Below, piece by piece: positions 29,480 through 37,427 of a DNA stretch of 54,540 nt. Position numbers and translations under genes: made by a program. A model generated the notes under the pieces. It made no database searches. It worked only from the letters and a program-made list of their open reading frames with translations, and was not told where the DNA came from. Each line of letters opens with the position of its first letter. The stretch's first letter is position 1. Source of the DNA: Pseudomonadota bacterium (lineage in GTDB: Bacteria; Pseudomonadota; Alphaproteobacteria; CACIAM-22H2); assembly GCA_016201015.1 (NCBI GenBank), contig JACQDQ010000115.1, positions 1 to 54,540 on the forward strand. The letters are read 5' to 3'.

Positions 29480-30154
29480 TCAGGCCTGGACCTTGACCGT
29501 CGGCATATGCTGACGGTTGAGCTGACGCTCCATGTGCTGGCTGAGCAGGGACAGCGGCCAACACAAGGTGAAATACAGCAGCGTGACGATGGCGTAGACC
29601 GTGAACGGTCGAAAGGTCGCGTTGTTGACGATCTGGGCGGCGCGCGTCAGCTCCGTGAAGCCGATGATCGAGGCGAGCGAGGTGCCTTTCAATATTTGCA
29701 CGAGGAATCCGACGGTCGGCGGAATCGCGATGCGCAGCGCCTGCGGCAGGATCACGAGACGAAGTTGAAGCATGCGGCCGAAGGCCAACGCCCGCGCGCC
29801 CTCCCATTGGGTTCGCGGGATCGCCTGCATGCAGCCGCGCCAGATCTCCGCGAGGAAGGCGCTCGAATAGAAGGTAAGCCCGAGTGCAGCCGCGGTCCAT
29901 GCGTCGGTCCCGACGCCCAACAGGTTCGAGCCGAAATAGACCAGGTACAGCTGCATCAGCAGCGGGGTGCCTTGAAAGGCCCTGATGTAGACGATCGCGA
30001 CGGCCCGCCAGGGGCCGGCCCTGGCGATCCGCAGGATGGCGACGCCGAGCCCGACGAAACCGCCGCCGACGAATGCGATCACCGCGAGCAGGACGGTCCA
30101 GCGGACCGCCTGTAGCAGGAACCACAGCTCGTAGGAGGTGAATTCCCGGATCAA
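29480..30154 (-). CDS. Polar amino acid/opine-type ABC transporter permease (HisM-like)
   Basis: The recognisable protein begins at LIREFTSYELWFLLQAVRW. A TTG start overlaps the upstream gene's TGA (TTGA). EAA loop GARALAFGRMLQLRLVILPQALR. 224 aa. Confidence 0.85.
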   Translation of the reverse strand: MIREFTSYELWFLLQAVRWTVLLAVIAFVGGGFVGLGVAILRIARAGPWRAVAIVYIRAFQGTPLLMQLYLVYFGSNLLGVGTDAWTAAALGLTFYSSAFLAEIWRGCMQAIPRTQWEGARALAFGRMLQLRLVILPQALRIAIPPTVGFLVQILKGTSLASIIGFTELTRAAQIVNNATFRPFTVYAIVTLLYFTLCWPLSLLSQHMERQLNRQHMPTVKVQA

Positions 30155-30825
30155 GTGTGCCTGCTCCAGCGCGCGAACAGCACCCGATGAATCGCCGCGA
30201 AAGTTCCCTGGAAGCCGAGCGACAGGGCAAGGTAGAGGCCGGTCGCCGTCATGTAGAATTCGAAGGAACGGAAGTTTCGCGCCACGATGGTGTCGGTAAC
30301 CGCGGTCAACTCCTCCGCCGAGATTACCGAGACGACGCTCGAGGCGAGCATGACCAGAATGAACTGGCTGCCCAAGGCCGGAAATACCGCCCTCAGGGCC
30401 GGAATCAGCACGACGAAACGGAGGATTTGCCACGGTCTGAGCCCCAGCGCGCGGCCCGCCTCGATCTGGGTCTGCGGCACCGCCTCGATACCGGCGCGAA
30501 CGATCTCGGTCGCGTAGGCGCCAAGATTGACCACCATCGCCAAGAGCGCCGCTTGGTCGGGCTGCAGGCGTATGCCCAGCGAAGGCAAGCCGAAATAGAT
30601 CAGAAGAAGTTGAACGAGGAACGGCGTGTTGCGGATCGCTTCGATGTAGGCCTGCACGATTCCGCGCAACAGCCGCCAACGCGAGGCCTTGGCCCGTGCC
30701 CCAACGATGCCAACGGTGAGCCCGAGCAACATTGCCATCGCCGACAGACGCACGGTGAGCCACGCCCCGAACAGCAGTTGGTCGAATTCCCGCCACACGA
30801 AACTGAACTGGAATACGTAATTCAC
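30151..30825 (-). CDS. Polar amino acid/opine-type ABC transporter permease (HisQ-like)
   Basis: Conserved sequence begins at (V)NYVFQFSFVWREFDQLL. A GTG at 30825 has a GGGGAA box upstream; the track ATG at 30885 is the alternative start. EAA loop AGRALGLRPWQILRFVVLIPALR. Confidence 0.83.
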   Translation of the reverse strand: MNYVFQFSFVWREFDQLLFGAWLTVRLSAMAMLLGLTVGIVGARAKASRWRLLRGIVQAYIEAIRNTPFLVQLLLIYFGLPSLGIRLQPDQAALLAMVVNLGAYATEIVRAGIEAVPQTQIEAGRALGLRPWQILRFVVLIPALRAVFPALGSQFILVMLASSVVSVISAEELTAVTDTIVARNFRSFEFYMTATGLYLALSLGFQGTFAAIHRVLFARWSRHT

Positions 30826-30924
30826 ACCGTTCCCCAGATTCTTCCGACCACTTTGCACCTGCCATCGCCAGTCGCGGACCGGCACAGCCGAATTTTATGA
30901 GACCGCCGCCGTCAATAGCTCACC

Positions 30925-30947
30925 CCGCTTGCCGCCACGGCAAGCGG
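30925..30947. repeat. Perfect 10-bp stem / 3-nt loop hairpin CCGCTTGCCG-CCA-CGGCAAGCGG
   Basis: Read directly from the sequence. Lies in the 340-bp gap between the binding-protein gene and the first permease gene. No flanking U/T run. Confidence 0.5.
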
Positions 30948-31080
30948 CGCAGCCAATCTTCTCAAATCACGGAAGCGAAGATTGAGCTGCTCGCGCGGAG
31001 AAATGAATCAGTTTGACACCCCCCGCGCCTTGGCGGTCGGCGCCGATGAACGCCGCGCTTCCCCATCCGGCATCCTCAGT

Positions 31081-31158
31081 CTAGTCGCCGAACACCATCG
31101 CACCGAGGCAGAGCCTCGGCACCTCGAGTCCGCCGCACCAGAACCGGCGATACTCCAT
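31081..31158 (-). pseudogene. Relic of an aldo/keto reductase gene (N-terminal ~25 codons only)
   Basis: MEYRRFWCGGLEVPRLCLGAMVFGD followed by TAG resembles the canonical AKR N-terminus (MEYRxLGxSGLxVSxLxLGxMxFG). Nothing AKR-like follows in any frame. Confidence 0.45.
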
Positions 31159-31223
31159 GTTCGCGTCCGGCGATCGCGATCTCACGCGGCAGGCACGATC
31201 CGCCGCCCGACCGTTGCGTGAGC

Positions 31224-32033
31224 TCAGAACACCGGCAGCTCGCCCAGGGGCAATTCCCGCCACTTGCGGCTGATCGCTTCGAGCTCGCCATTGTTCTTGA
31301 TCGTATAGATGAACGTGTTGAGCCACTGCAGCAGGTCGGTCTGGCCGCGCCGCATGCCGATGCCGAAATGGAGTTCACGCAGCACCAGCTTGACCTCGTA
31401 GTTCTTGCCGGGGTCGTTGCGGTTCAGGGTGCGATTCACCAACAGGCCGGTGCCCACCAGATCGATCTGTCCGGAGATCATCGCCTGCAGCGCCGTCGCC
31501 TCGTCGTCGAAGCGCATGACGTTGATTGCCTTGGCCCCCGCTACCGGCGTCAGGATCAGGTCCTGCATGGCCCCGCGGGGCACGCCCACGCGCAGCCCTT
31601 TGAGATCGTCGACCGTCTTGACCGCGCGGCTTGCCGGCGCCACCAGCGTGGCCGCCTCGGTTGCGTAAGGCATGGAAAACCAGATCTGCAGGGCACGCTC
31701 GGCGGTGATCCCGAACAGCGCGATCACCATGTCGACGCGGCTGGTCAGGAGATACGGGATGCGGTTCACGCCCGTCACCGAGACGAACTCCACCGGCACG
31801 CCCAGATACTTGCCGACGAGCCGGGCAACGTCGGGATCGTATCCCTCCGGCTGGCCGTCCTTGCCCATCAGGCCAAAGATCGGCGTGGTCGTGTTGACTC
31901 CGATGATCACCTTGCCGCGCTTGATGATGTCATCGATCGTCTGGCCGGCCGCAGGGGTCGGAGCCTGAACCGCCATGAAGCTGAACAGAATCGCAGCAGC
32001 GAAAGTGCGCAGCACGCAAGCCGGACTAAACAT
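31224..32033 (-). CDS. Family-3 (polar amino acid/opine) ABC transporter substrate-binding protein
   Basis: 269 aa. Signal peptide (AAAILFSFMAVQAPTPAAG). Typical SBP_bac_3 sequence (IIKRGKVIIGVN, GYDPDVARLVGKYLGVPVEF, LQAMISGQIDLV). Confidence 0.88.
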   Translation of the reverse strand: MFSPACVLRTFAAAILFSFMAVQAPTPAAGQTIDDIIKRGKVIIGVNTTTPIFGLMGKDGQPEGYDPDVARLVGKYLGVPVEFVSVTGVNRIPYLLTSRVDMVIALFGITAERALQIWFSMPYATEAATLVAPASRAVKTVDDLKGLRVGVPRGAMQDLILTPVAGAKAINVMRFDDEATALQAMISGQIDLVGTGLLVNRTLNRNDPGKNYEVKLVLRELHFGIGMRRGQTDLLQWLNTFIYTIKNNGELEAISRKWRELPLGELPVF

Positions 32034-32049
32034 GTTTCCCTCCCTTTTT

Positions 32050-32086
32050 GCCGCGGTGTAGCGGTTTTCTCCACTAAGACCGCGGC
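32050..32086. repeat. Inverted repeat GCCGCGGT-N21-ACCGCGGC between the GH127 stop and the binding-protein RBS
   Basis: 8-bp GC stem read directly. On the coding (minus) strand it ends immediately before AAAAAGGGAGGG (RBS) and the ATG at 32033. Confidence 0.4.
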
Positions 32087-32090
32087 GGTG

Positions 32091-34046
32091 TCAGATCTCG
32101 CGGATCCAAACGTTCATCTCCCCTGGATCACGGTGATCCCATGCGTGATAGGGGATCGCGCGAACGATGATCGGCTCGACATCCGGCGGCGCGGCGGCAT
32201 AAAGCGCGCCGGCCCCGTCCTTCGACCGCTGAACCGCGGCAGTCGCCAGCAGCGTTCCCACCCCGCCCAGCAGATTCGGTTCGAAGCGGGGTTCGATCTG
32301 GCCGAGCCGCGGCAAGGCGATCCAGTGCAACGGCACTTCCTGATCGACGGATTCGAGGCAATAGACAATCGGCCCGCGCTTCAAGGCGACGCGCCCGAGA
32401 TCGGCACGAACGTCGGGATGGGCGTAGTTTCGCTCGGCCGGCATGTCGAGCGCGAGCGTGACGCGATCGCCCGACTGCCACCGCCGCTTGAGATGCGCAT
32501 AGCCCCGGTCCTTCACCGCAGCGACGTCGACCGCGGTACCGTTCACCGCAAGACGTGCCGACCGACACCAGCCCGGAATACGCAGGCGCAGGGCGAACTC
32601 CACCGCCGTCTCGGTGTCGATCCGGATTGCAATAGTGCCATCCCATGGGTAGGCCGTCTCCTGCACCACGGACAGGTTCGTGCCGGCAACGGCAATCCGG
32701 CCGCGCCCTTGGACATAGAGATGTACCGCGACCTCGTCGGGTCCGGCCGAGTACACGTATTCGCCCAGCGACGCGATCAGCCGCCCGATATTGGCCGGAC
32801 AGCACGGGCAGCGGTGCCACTGCCAGCGATGATGGTTGCCGCGGCTGGCCAACGGATTGTCGTAGAAGAAATGCTCGCCGTCGAGCGAGAGGCCGCTCAG
32901 CGCCCCGTTGTAGAGCGCCAGCTCCATCATGTCGGCGTAGCGGCCATCGCCGTCGAGCTGGAGCAGCCGATGCGCCCAAAAGATCAACCCGATTGCCGCG
33001 CAGGTCTCGGCATAGGCAGTCTCGTTCGGCAAGTCATAGTCGTCGGTAAAGCCCTCGTTGCGTGCCGACGGGCCGAGGCCGCCCGTCACGTAAAGGCGCT
33101 TGCCCGTTAGGTCGGCCCATAACCGCTCGCCAGCGGCAACCAGGCTCGGGTCCTCCGTCTCCCCGGCCAGATCGGCCATAGCGCTGTAGAGGTACATGGC
33201 CCGCACCGCGTGGCCGACCACCTGCCGCTGCTCGCGGACCGGCACGTGCGATTGGCTGTACTCGTAGGTGCCATGAAAATAGCCTTCGGGGCCTTCGCCG
33301 CGGCGCCGCGCCTCCTGATCGAAGTAGTGTGGCTGGCGACCGCGCTCGTCGACGAAATAGCGCGCGAGGTCGAGGTAGCGACGCTCTTTGGTCAGACGAT
33401 AGAGCCTGACCAGCGCCAGCTCGATCTCCGGATGGCCGCAATAGCCGCGCCGCTGCGCGTCGCCGGGGCCGAACACGGTGGCGATGTAGTCCGCGTAGCG
33501 GCACATCACCTTGAGCAGGCTCTGCTTGCCGGTCGCCTGCGCGTGCGCGACCGCGGCTTCGATCAGATGGCCGGCACAATACAGCTCGTGCCAATCGCGC
33601 AGATTGGTCCAGCGCTTGGCGGGCTCGCGCCGGATGAAGTAGGTGTTGAAATAGCCGTCCGGCTGCTGCGCCTTGGCGATGCGGGCGATGATCTCGTCGA
33701 GCCGCGCGTCGAGCGCGGGATCAAACTGCGTGGCCAGCGTATAACACGCCGTCTCAATCCATTTGCAGATGTCGGAGTCCCAGTACATCACCGGCGTGGT
33801 CGGGCGGTTGTTGAACGGCACCCGCAACGGGCCCGGCGGCAAATGCACGTCGAGCGCCTCGAATACGCCGGCCTTCTCATACTGGCTGAACAAAAAAGGC
33901 AGAGTTCGCTGGCGAACGCTGCGCTGACGCGGCGCCCAGAGGCTGTCCCGCAGCTCGACCGCGGTGAACGGGACCGGCGTGTGTCGCGACTTGGAGCGAT
34001 GAGGCCCAGGAGCCGGACCAGCGGCAAGTGTCGATCCGTGCGTCAT
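32091..34046 (-). CDS. Glycoside hydrolase family 127 (DUF1680, beta-L-arabinofuranosidase-like)
   Basis: ~650 aa. Motifs DSDICKWIE, HELYCAGHLIEAA, GHPEIELALVRLY and the Cys-rich HRCPCCPANIGR characteristic of GH127. The second ATG (34046) has AGGAGA at optimal spacing; the first ATG is at 34052. Confidence 0.9.
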   Translation of the reverse strand: MTHGSTLAAGPAPGPHRSKSRHTPVPFTAVELRDSLWAPRQRSVRQRTLPFLFSQYEKAGVFEALDVHLPPGPLRVPFNNRPTTPVMYWDSDICKWIETACYTLATQFDPALDARLDEIIARIAKAQQPDGYFNTYFIRREPAKRWTNLRDWHELYCAGHLIEAAVAHAQATGKQSLLKVMCRYADYIATVFGPGDAQRRGYCGHPEIELALVRLYRLTKERRYLDLARYFVDERGRQPHYFDQEARRRGEGPEGYFHGTYEYSQSHVPVREQRQVVGHAVRAMYLYSAMADLAGETEDPSLVAAGERLWADLTGKRLYVTGGLGPSARNEGFTDDYDLPNETAYAETCAAIGLIFWAHRLLQLDGDGRYADMMELALYNGALSGLSLDGEHFFYDNPLASRGNHHRWQWHRCPCCPANIGRLIASLGEYVYSAGPDEVAVHLYVQGRGRIAVAGTNLSVVQETAYPWDGTIAIRIDTETAVEFALRLRIPGWCRSARLAVNGTAVDVAAVKDRGYAHLKRRWQSGDRVTLALDMPAERNYAHPDVRADLGRVALKRGPIVYCLESVDQEVPLHWIALPRLGQIEPRFEPNLLGGVGTLLATAAVQRSKDGAGALYAAAPPDVEPIIVRAIPYHAWDHRDPGEMNVWIREI

Positions 34047-34058
34047 GAACATCGTCTC

Positions 34059-35138
34059 CTAGCTGAGCGGCCGGTCCGCCGCCTGCCCTGTATTTTGCTT
34101 GTCCCCCTGGCCGCACGACGCGCGCACGACAAGACTGCAGGGCAAGCGGACGATGCCGCGCTCACCCCCGCCGTCGATCAGGTCGAGCATGCGCAGGCCC
34201 GCCTGGCGCCCGAGCTCGTGCAGGTTCATGTCGACCGTCGTCAGCGGCGGGCGCGTCGCCGCGGCGATGATTTCCCAGTTGTCGAAACCGACCACGGCGA
34301 TATCGTCCGGCACCGCGATGCCCCGATCGCGCAGCGCATCGACCGCCCCGCGCGCAATCTGATCGCTGCCGCAGAAGATCGCGTCGATCGTTTGGCGCGT
34401 GGCGAGCAGGCGTGCGACAGCCTCGCGCCCCCACGCCTCGCTCCATTCACCGCTTATGACCAATTCGGGTCGCCAGGTCAGACCATGCTCCATGATCGCC
34501 TGCTTCAGACCATCGCGGCGATGGCGCACCGCCTCGAAGTCCACGGGCCCGGTTACGTGCGCGATACGAGCGCGCCCAGCACGGATCAGGTGATCGCCGG
34601 CGAGCCGGCCGCCGCCCAGATCGTCCGGCAGCAGACACAGCGCATCCACGTCCGCCACTTGCGCGAACGCATAGAGGATGGGGACCGACCCGTCGACGAG
34701 GTCGAGCGGCGGGCGCGGATCGGCGCGGCGGGCGGTGACGATGATGCCGTCGACGCGTTTCGCCAGCAGCGATTCGATATGCTGGCGCTCGCGCGCCGGA
34801 TCGTCCGCGCCGTTGCACAGGAACACCGACATGCGCGCGGTGCCGAGGGCGTCCTCGATGCCCTCCAGCACCGGTATGCTGAACCGGCCGTAGCGGTCGG
34901 TCGAGATCAGCCCGACCGTGAAGGTGCGCCGGCGCAGCAGGCTCTGTGCCAGATCGTTTGGCCGGAAGCCCAATCGTTCTGCCGCCGAGCGGACCCGCGC
35001 GCGCGTCTCCTCGCGCAGCTGACCCGTGCCATTGAGGCCCTTCGAAACCGTGCCCAGGCTGACCCCCGCCGCCTGCGCGACATCGCGAATTGTCGGCGGG
35101 ACCGGTCTTGCGGAAAGTGATGTTTTCGGCGACGTCAC
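34059..35138 (-). CDS. LacI-family transcriptional regulator
   Basis: HTH IRDVAQAAGVSLGTVSKGLNGTGQLREETRARVRSAAERLGFRPN plus a periplasmic-binding-protein-like sugar-binding domain. Confidence 0.9.
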   Translation of the reverse strand: MTSPKTSLSARPVPPTIRDVAQAAGVSLGTVSKGLNGTGQLREETRARVRSAAERLGFRPNDLAQSLLRRRTFTVGLISTDRYGRFSIPVLEGIEDALGTARMSVFLCNGADDPARERQHIESLLAKRVDGIIVTARRADPRPPLDLVDGSVPILYAFAQVADVDALCLLPDDLGGGRLAGDHLIRAGRARIAHVTGPVDFEAVRHRRDGLKQAIMEHGLTWRPELVISGEWSEAWGREAVARLLATRQTIDAIFCGSDQIARGAVDALRDRGIAVPDDIAVVGFDNWEIIAAATRPPLTTVDMNLHELGRQAGLRMLDLIDGGGERGIVRLPCSLVVRASCGQGDKQNTGQAADRPLS

Positions 35139-35241
35139 GTGTACGCTATCCGTCAGATCTCATTGCCCGCTCCCTTACTGACGTTTAGGCGGGCCCAATC
35201 ATTGGTCATTTGCGGCAGCATATAGCATCCAGCGATCACAC

Positions 35242-35269
35242 GGAAAAGCTTTTCCTGATTTCAGGAAAA
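35242..35269. promoter_or_regulatory. Candidate LacI operator(s): overlapping perfect palindromes GGAAAAGCTTTTCC and TTTTCCTGATTTCAGGAAAA
   Basis: Three GGAAAA/TTTTCC hexamers in alternating orientation, in the 279-bp divergent region between lacI (start 35138) and the lactonase gene (start 35418). Confidence 0.5.
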
Positions 35270-35417
35270 TGTTGATCGCCACGGTTTTCCATAGCTATCG
35301 CAATGAACTATCGGCCCGACAGTGCGACGGACGTCATGTCCGCGGTGTTGGCACCCGGCATCTTGCTTGGGACGGATGGAGATGACATGGTGCACGCGCG
35401 TGACGGCGAGACGGTTG

Positions 35418-36335
35418 ATGGATTTCGAAAATATATCTCCCGAATTCCGCGACCTGGTCCCGCCGAATTCTTGGGTCGAACGTCTCCACACCGGCATGCG
35501 CTGGACGGAGGGCCCGGTCTGGTTCGCCGACGGCCAACAACTGATCTTCAGCGACATACCCAACGATCGCATGCTGCGCTGGGTCGACGGGTTGGGCGCC
35601 GGCGTGTTTCGCGAGCCGTCCGGATACAGCAACGGCAATACCCGCGACCTCCAAGGCCGATTGGTGACGTGCGAGCACGGCCAGCGTCGCCTGACGCGAA
35701 CGGAGCCCGACGGGTCGGTGACGGTGCTCGTCGATCGTTATCAGGGTCGGCGGCTCAATTCGCCGAACGACGTGGTCGTCAAATCCGACGGCACGATCTG
35801 GTTCACCGATCCGCCCTACGGGATCATCGGCAACTACGAAGGCTACCAGGCCCGTATGGAGCTCGACGGCTGTTATGTATTCCGGCTCGACCCCGTCTCG
35901 GGTGAACTGCGTGTCGTCACCGATCGGCTGACCCGCCCCAACGGCCTCGCATTCTCCTTGGACGAAAAGACGCTCTATGTGAGCGACAGCGCCCGATCCC
36001 ACGATCCGCAAGGCGCGCACGACATCCTCGCCCTGTCGCTGTCGGATGACGCCACGGCGCGCTCGCAGACGCTCTTTGCCTCGATCGAGCCCGGCCTCGC
36101 GGATGGATTTCGCCTAGATGCCGCCGGCAATGTGTGGACAAGTGCCGGCGACGGTGTCCACTGCTATGCGCCGTCCGGCAAGCTGCTGGGAAAAATCCAC
36201 ATTCCCGAGACGGTGTCCAATGTCGTCTTTGGCGGACGCCGCCTCAACCGGCTATTCGTCACGGCGACGACGTCGGTGTACAGCGTCTACCTGGCGGTCT
36301 GCGGAGCTGCGAGACCACGGAGCGCGCCGCGCTGA
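35418..36335 (+). CDS. SMP-30/gluconolactonase/LRE-family lactonase
   Basis: Track ORF trimmed to Met33 (MDFENISPEFRDLV). Motifs TEGPVWF, NGNTRDLQGRL, RLNSPNDVVVKSDGTIWFTDPPYG, PNGLAFS. Confidence 0.87.
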   Translation: MDFENISPEFRDLVPPNSWVERLHTGMRWTEGPVWFADGQQLIFSDIPNDRMLRWVDGLGAGVFREPSGYSNGNTRDLQGRLVTCEHGQRRLTRTEPDGSVTVLVDRYQGRRLNSPNDVVVKSDGTIWFTDPPYGIIGNYEGYQARMELDGCYVFRLDPVSGELRVVTDRLTRPNGLAFSLDEKTLYVSDSARSHDPQGAHDILALSLSDDATARSQTLFASIEPGLADGFRLDAAGNVWTSAGDGVHCYAPSGKLLGKIHIPETVSNVVFGGRRLNRLFVTATTSVYSVYLAVCGAARPRSAPR

Positions 36336-36481
36336 TTTAGGAATTGCCGCGGAACCGCGCTGGGCCGGACTTCATACCCCGCCCGACAATGACTGCGCGA
36401 TCGCGCTGCTTCGCATCACTCCGTCGGCGGCGTGACGAGCGGGCAGCCGCAGATCGGACATTTCATCGCCTGGACGATCGC

Positions 36482-36718
36482 CTACGCCCGCTCCGGCGGC
36501 TCCTGGCCGTCGAGCTTGGCGAGGATCTCCTTGACCAGCTCGTCGTGCGCCGCCCGGGTCTCGCAACCCGCGAGATAAAGCGCCGTGCGCGCAACGTTTT
36601 CCTCGTCGACGCGGAAGGCCGCCGCGCGCCCGCCGGCTGCGACCCAGGCCGCGGCACCGAGGCAGGCGAGCGCGGTAGTGCCGAGAAAGCGGCGACGATC
36701 CCATCCGAGCCTGCGCAT
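36482..36718 (-). CDS. 78-aa hypothetical protein with a twin-arginine (Tat) signal peptide
   Basis: MRRLGWDRRRFLGTTALACLGAAAWVAAG matches the Tat S/T-RRxFL pattern. GGAGGA RBS 5-6 nt upstream. Starts 14 nt after the hupE stop. G/C-rich third codon positions. Confidence 0.55.
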   Translation of the reverse strand: MRRLGWDRRRFLGTTALACLGAAAWVAAGGRAAAFRVDEENVARTALYLAGCETRAAHDELVKEILAKLDGQEPPERA

Positions 36719-36732
36719 GTCTGTCCTCCGGC

Positions 36733-37326
36733 TCAGCCGATCACCAACAGGGCCAATCCCGCGACAGCAATTCCGGCGCCGCCGGCGCGGACGACCCAGC
36801 GTCCGACGCTACCCATGCAATATAGGCCGACGCCGGCGCCAAATCCATGGAGCAGGGCAGTTGCGGTGACGAAACCCAGTCCGTAAAGCAGCGGCGCGGC
36901 CGTCTCCGGCATCTCGGCGCCATGTGCAACACCATGAAAGAGCGCGAGAAATCCGACAATCGTCGCCCCGATCGCCGGCCGCGGACGCAGCGCCGCGGCG
37001 ACCAGCATGCCGAGCACCAGCAGCGAGCCGACGATGCCCAGCTCGACCGGCATCCCAGCAAAGCCCGCTGCGCCGATCATCCCGCCGACCGCCAGCATCG
37101 CAACGAACGCCCCCGGCACCAGCCATAACGCCCGCCCGCCAAGCTGGGCGGCCCACAGGCCGACGGCGACCATGGCCAGCACATGATCGAGCCCGCTGAA
37201 CGGATGAGTGAGTCCTTCGGTCCAGCCGGCGCCCTCGGCCCCAAAGACATGGGCGTGGGCGGCGATGGGTGAAACCGCAAGGACTGCGGCGGCTGCGACA
37301 ATTCGGCGCCAAGACGTGGTCTGCAT
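36733..37326 (-). CDS. hupE: HupE/UreJ-family (Ni/Co) membrane transporter
   Basis: Track ORF trimmed to Met27 (MQTTSWRRIVAAAAVLAVSPIAAHAH), with a GAGGAA RBS. Signature HPFSGLDHVLAM and a C-terminal FHGVAHGAE motif. ~6 TM. Confidence 0.87.
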   Translation of the reverse strand: MQTTSWRRIVAAAAVLAVSPIAAHAHVFGAEGAGWTEGLTHPFSGLDHVLAMVAVGLWAAQLGGRALWLVPGAFVAMLAVGGMIGAAGFAGMPVELGIVGSLLVLGMLVAAALRPRPAIGATIVGFLALFHGVAHGAEMPETAAPLLYGLGFVTATALLHGFGAGVGLYCMGSVGRWVVRAGGAGIAVAGLALLVIG

Positions 37327-37427
37327 CGCTGTCTTCCTCGTATCCCGTATTGCTGGTTGGACAATCGACCGTCGAGGTCCGCACCATACGGAGCCAACCG
37401 TCACCGGTCAATTTGCGCGTCTCTCGC

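Noticed and set aside
31159-31326. Full 81-aa ORF 31081..31326 as a real gene
   Set aside because: Only the last 25 codons resemble a protein family (the AKR N-terminus). The upstream 56 codons overlap the binding-protein gene's 3' end in another frame and are featureless. I report only the relic.
31218-35120. Plus-strand ORFs 31218..33110 (630 aa) and 33210..35120 (636 aa)
   Set aside because: They are antisense to the binding-protein, GH127 and LacI genes, which carry clear family motifs. The translations are Arg-rich and featureless.
37327-37427. Possible cobalamin (B12) or Ni/Co riboswitch upstream of hupE
   Set aside because: Only about 100 nt are available before the divergent SDR gene, and I found no B12-box-like (GCCACTG-type) element or multi-stem architecture. 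This is too short and featureless for a B12 riboswitch. I could not run an Rfam scan.
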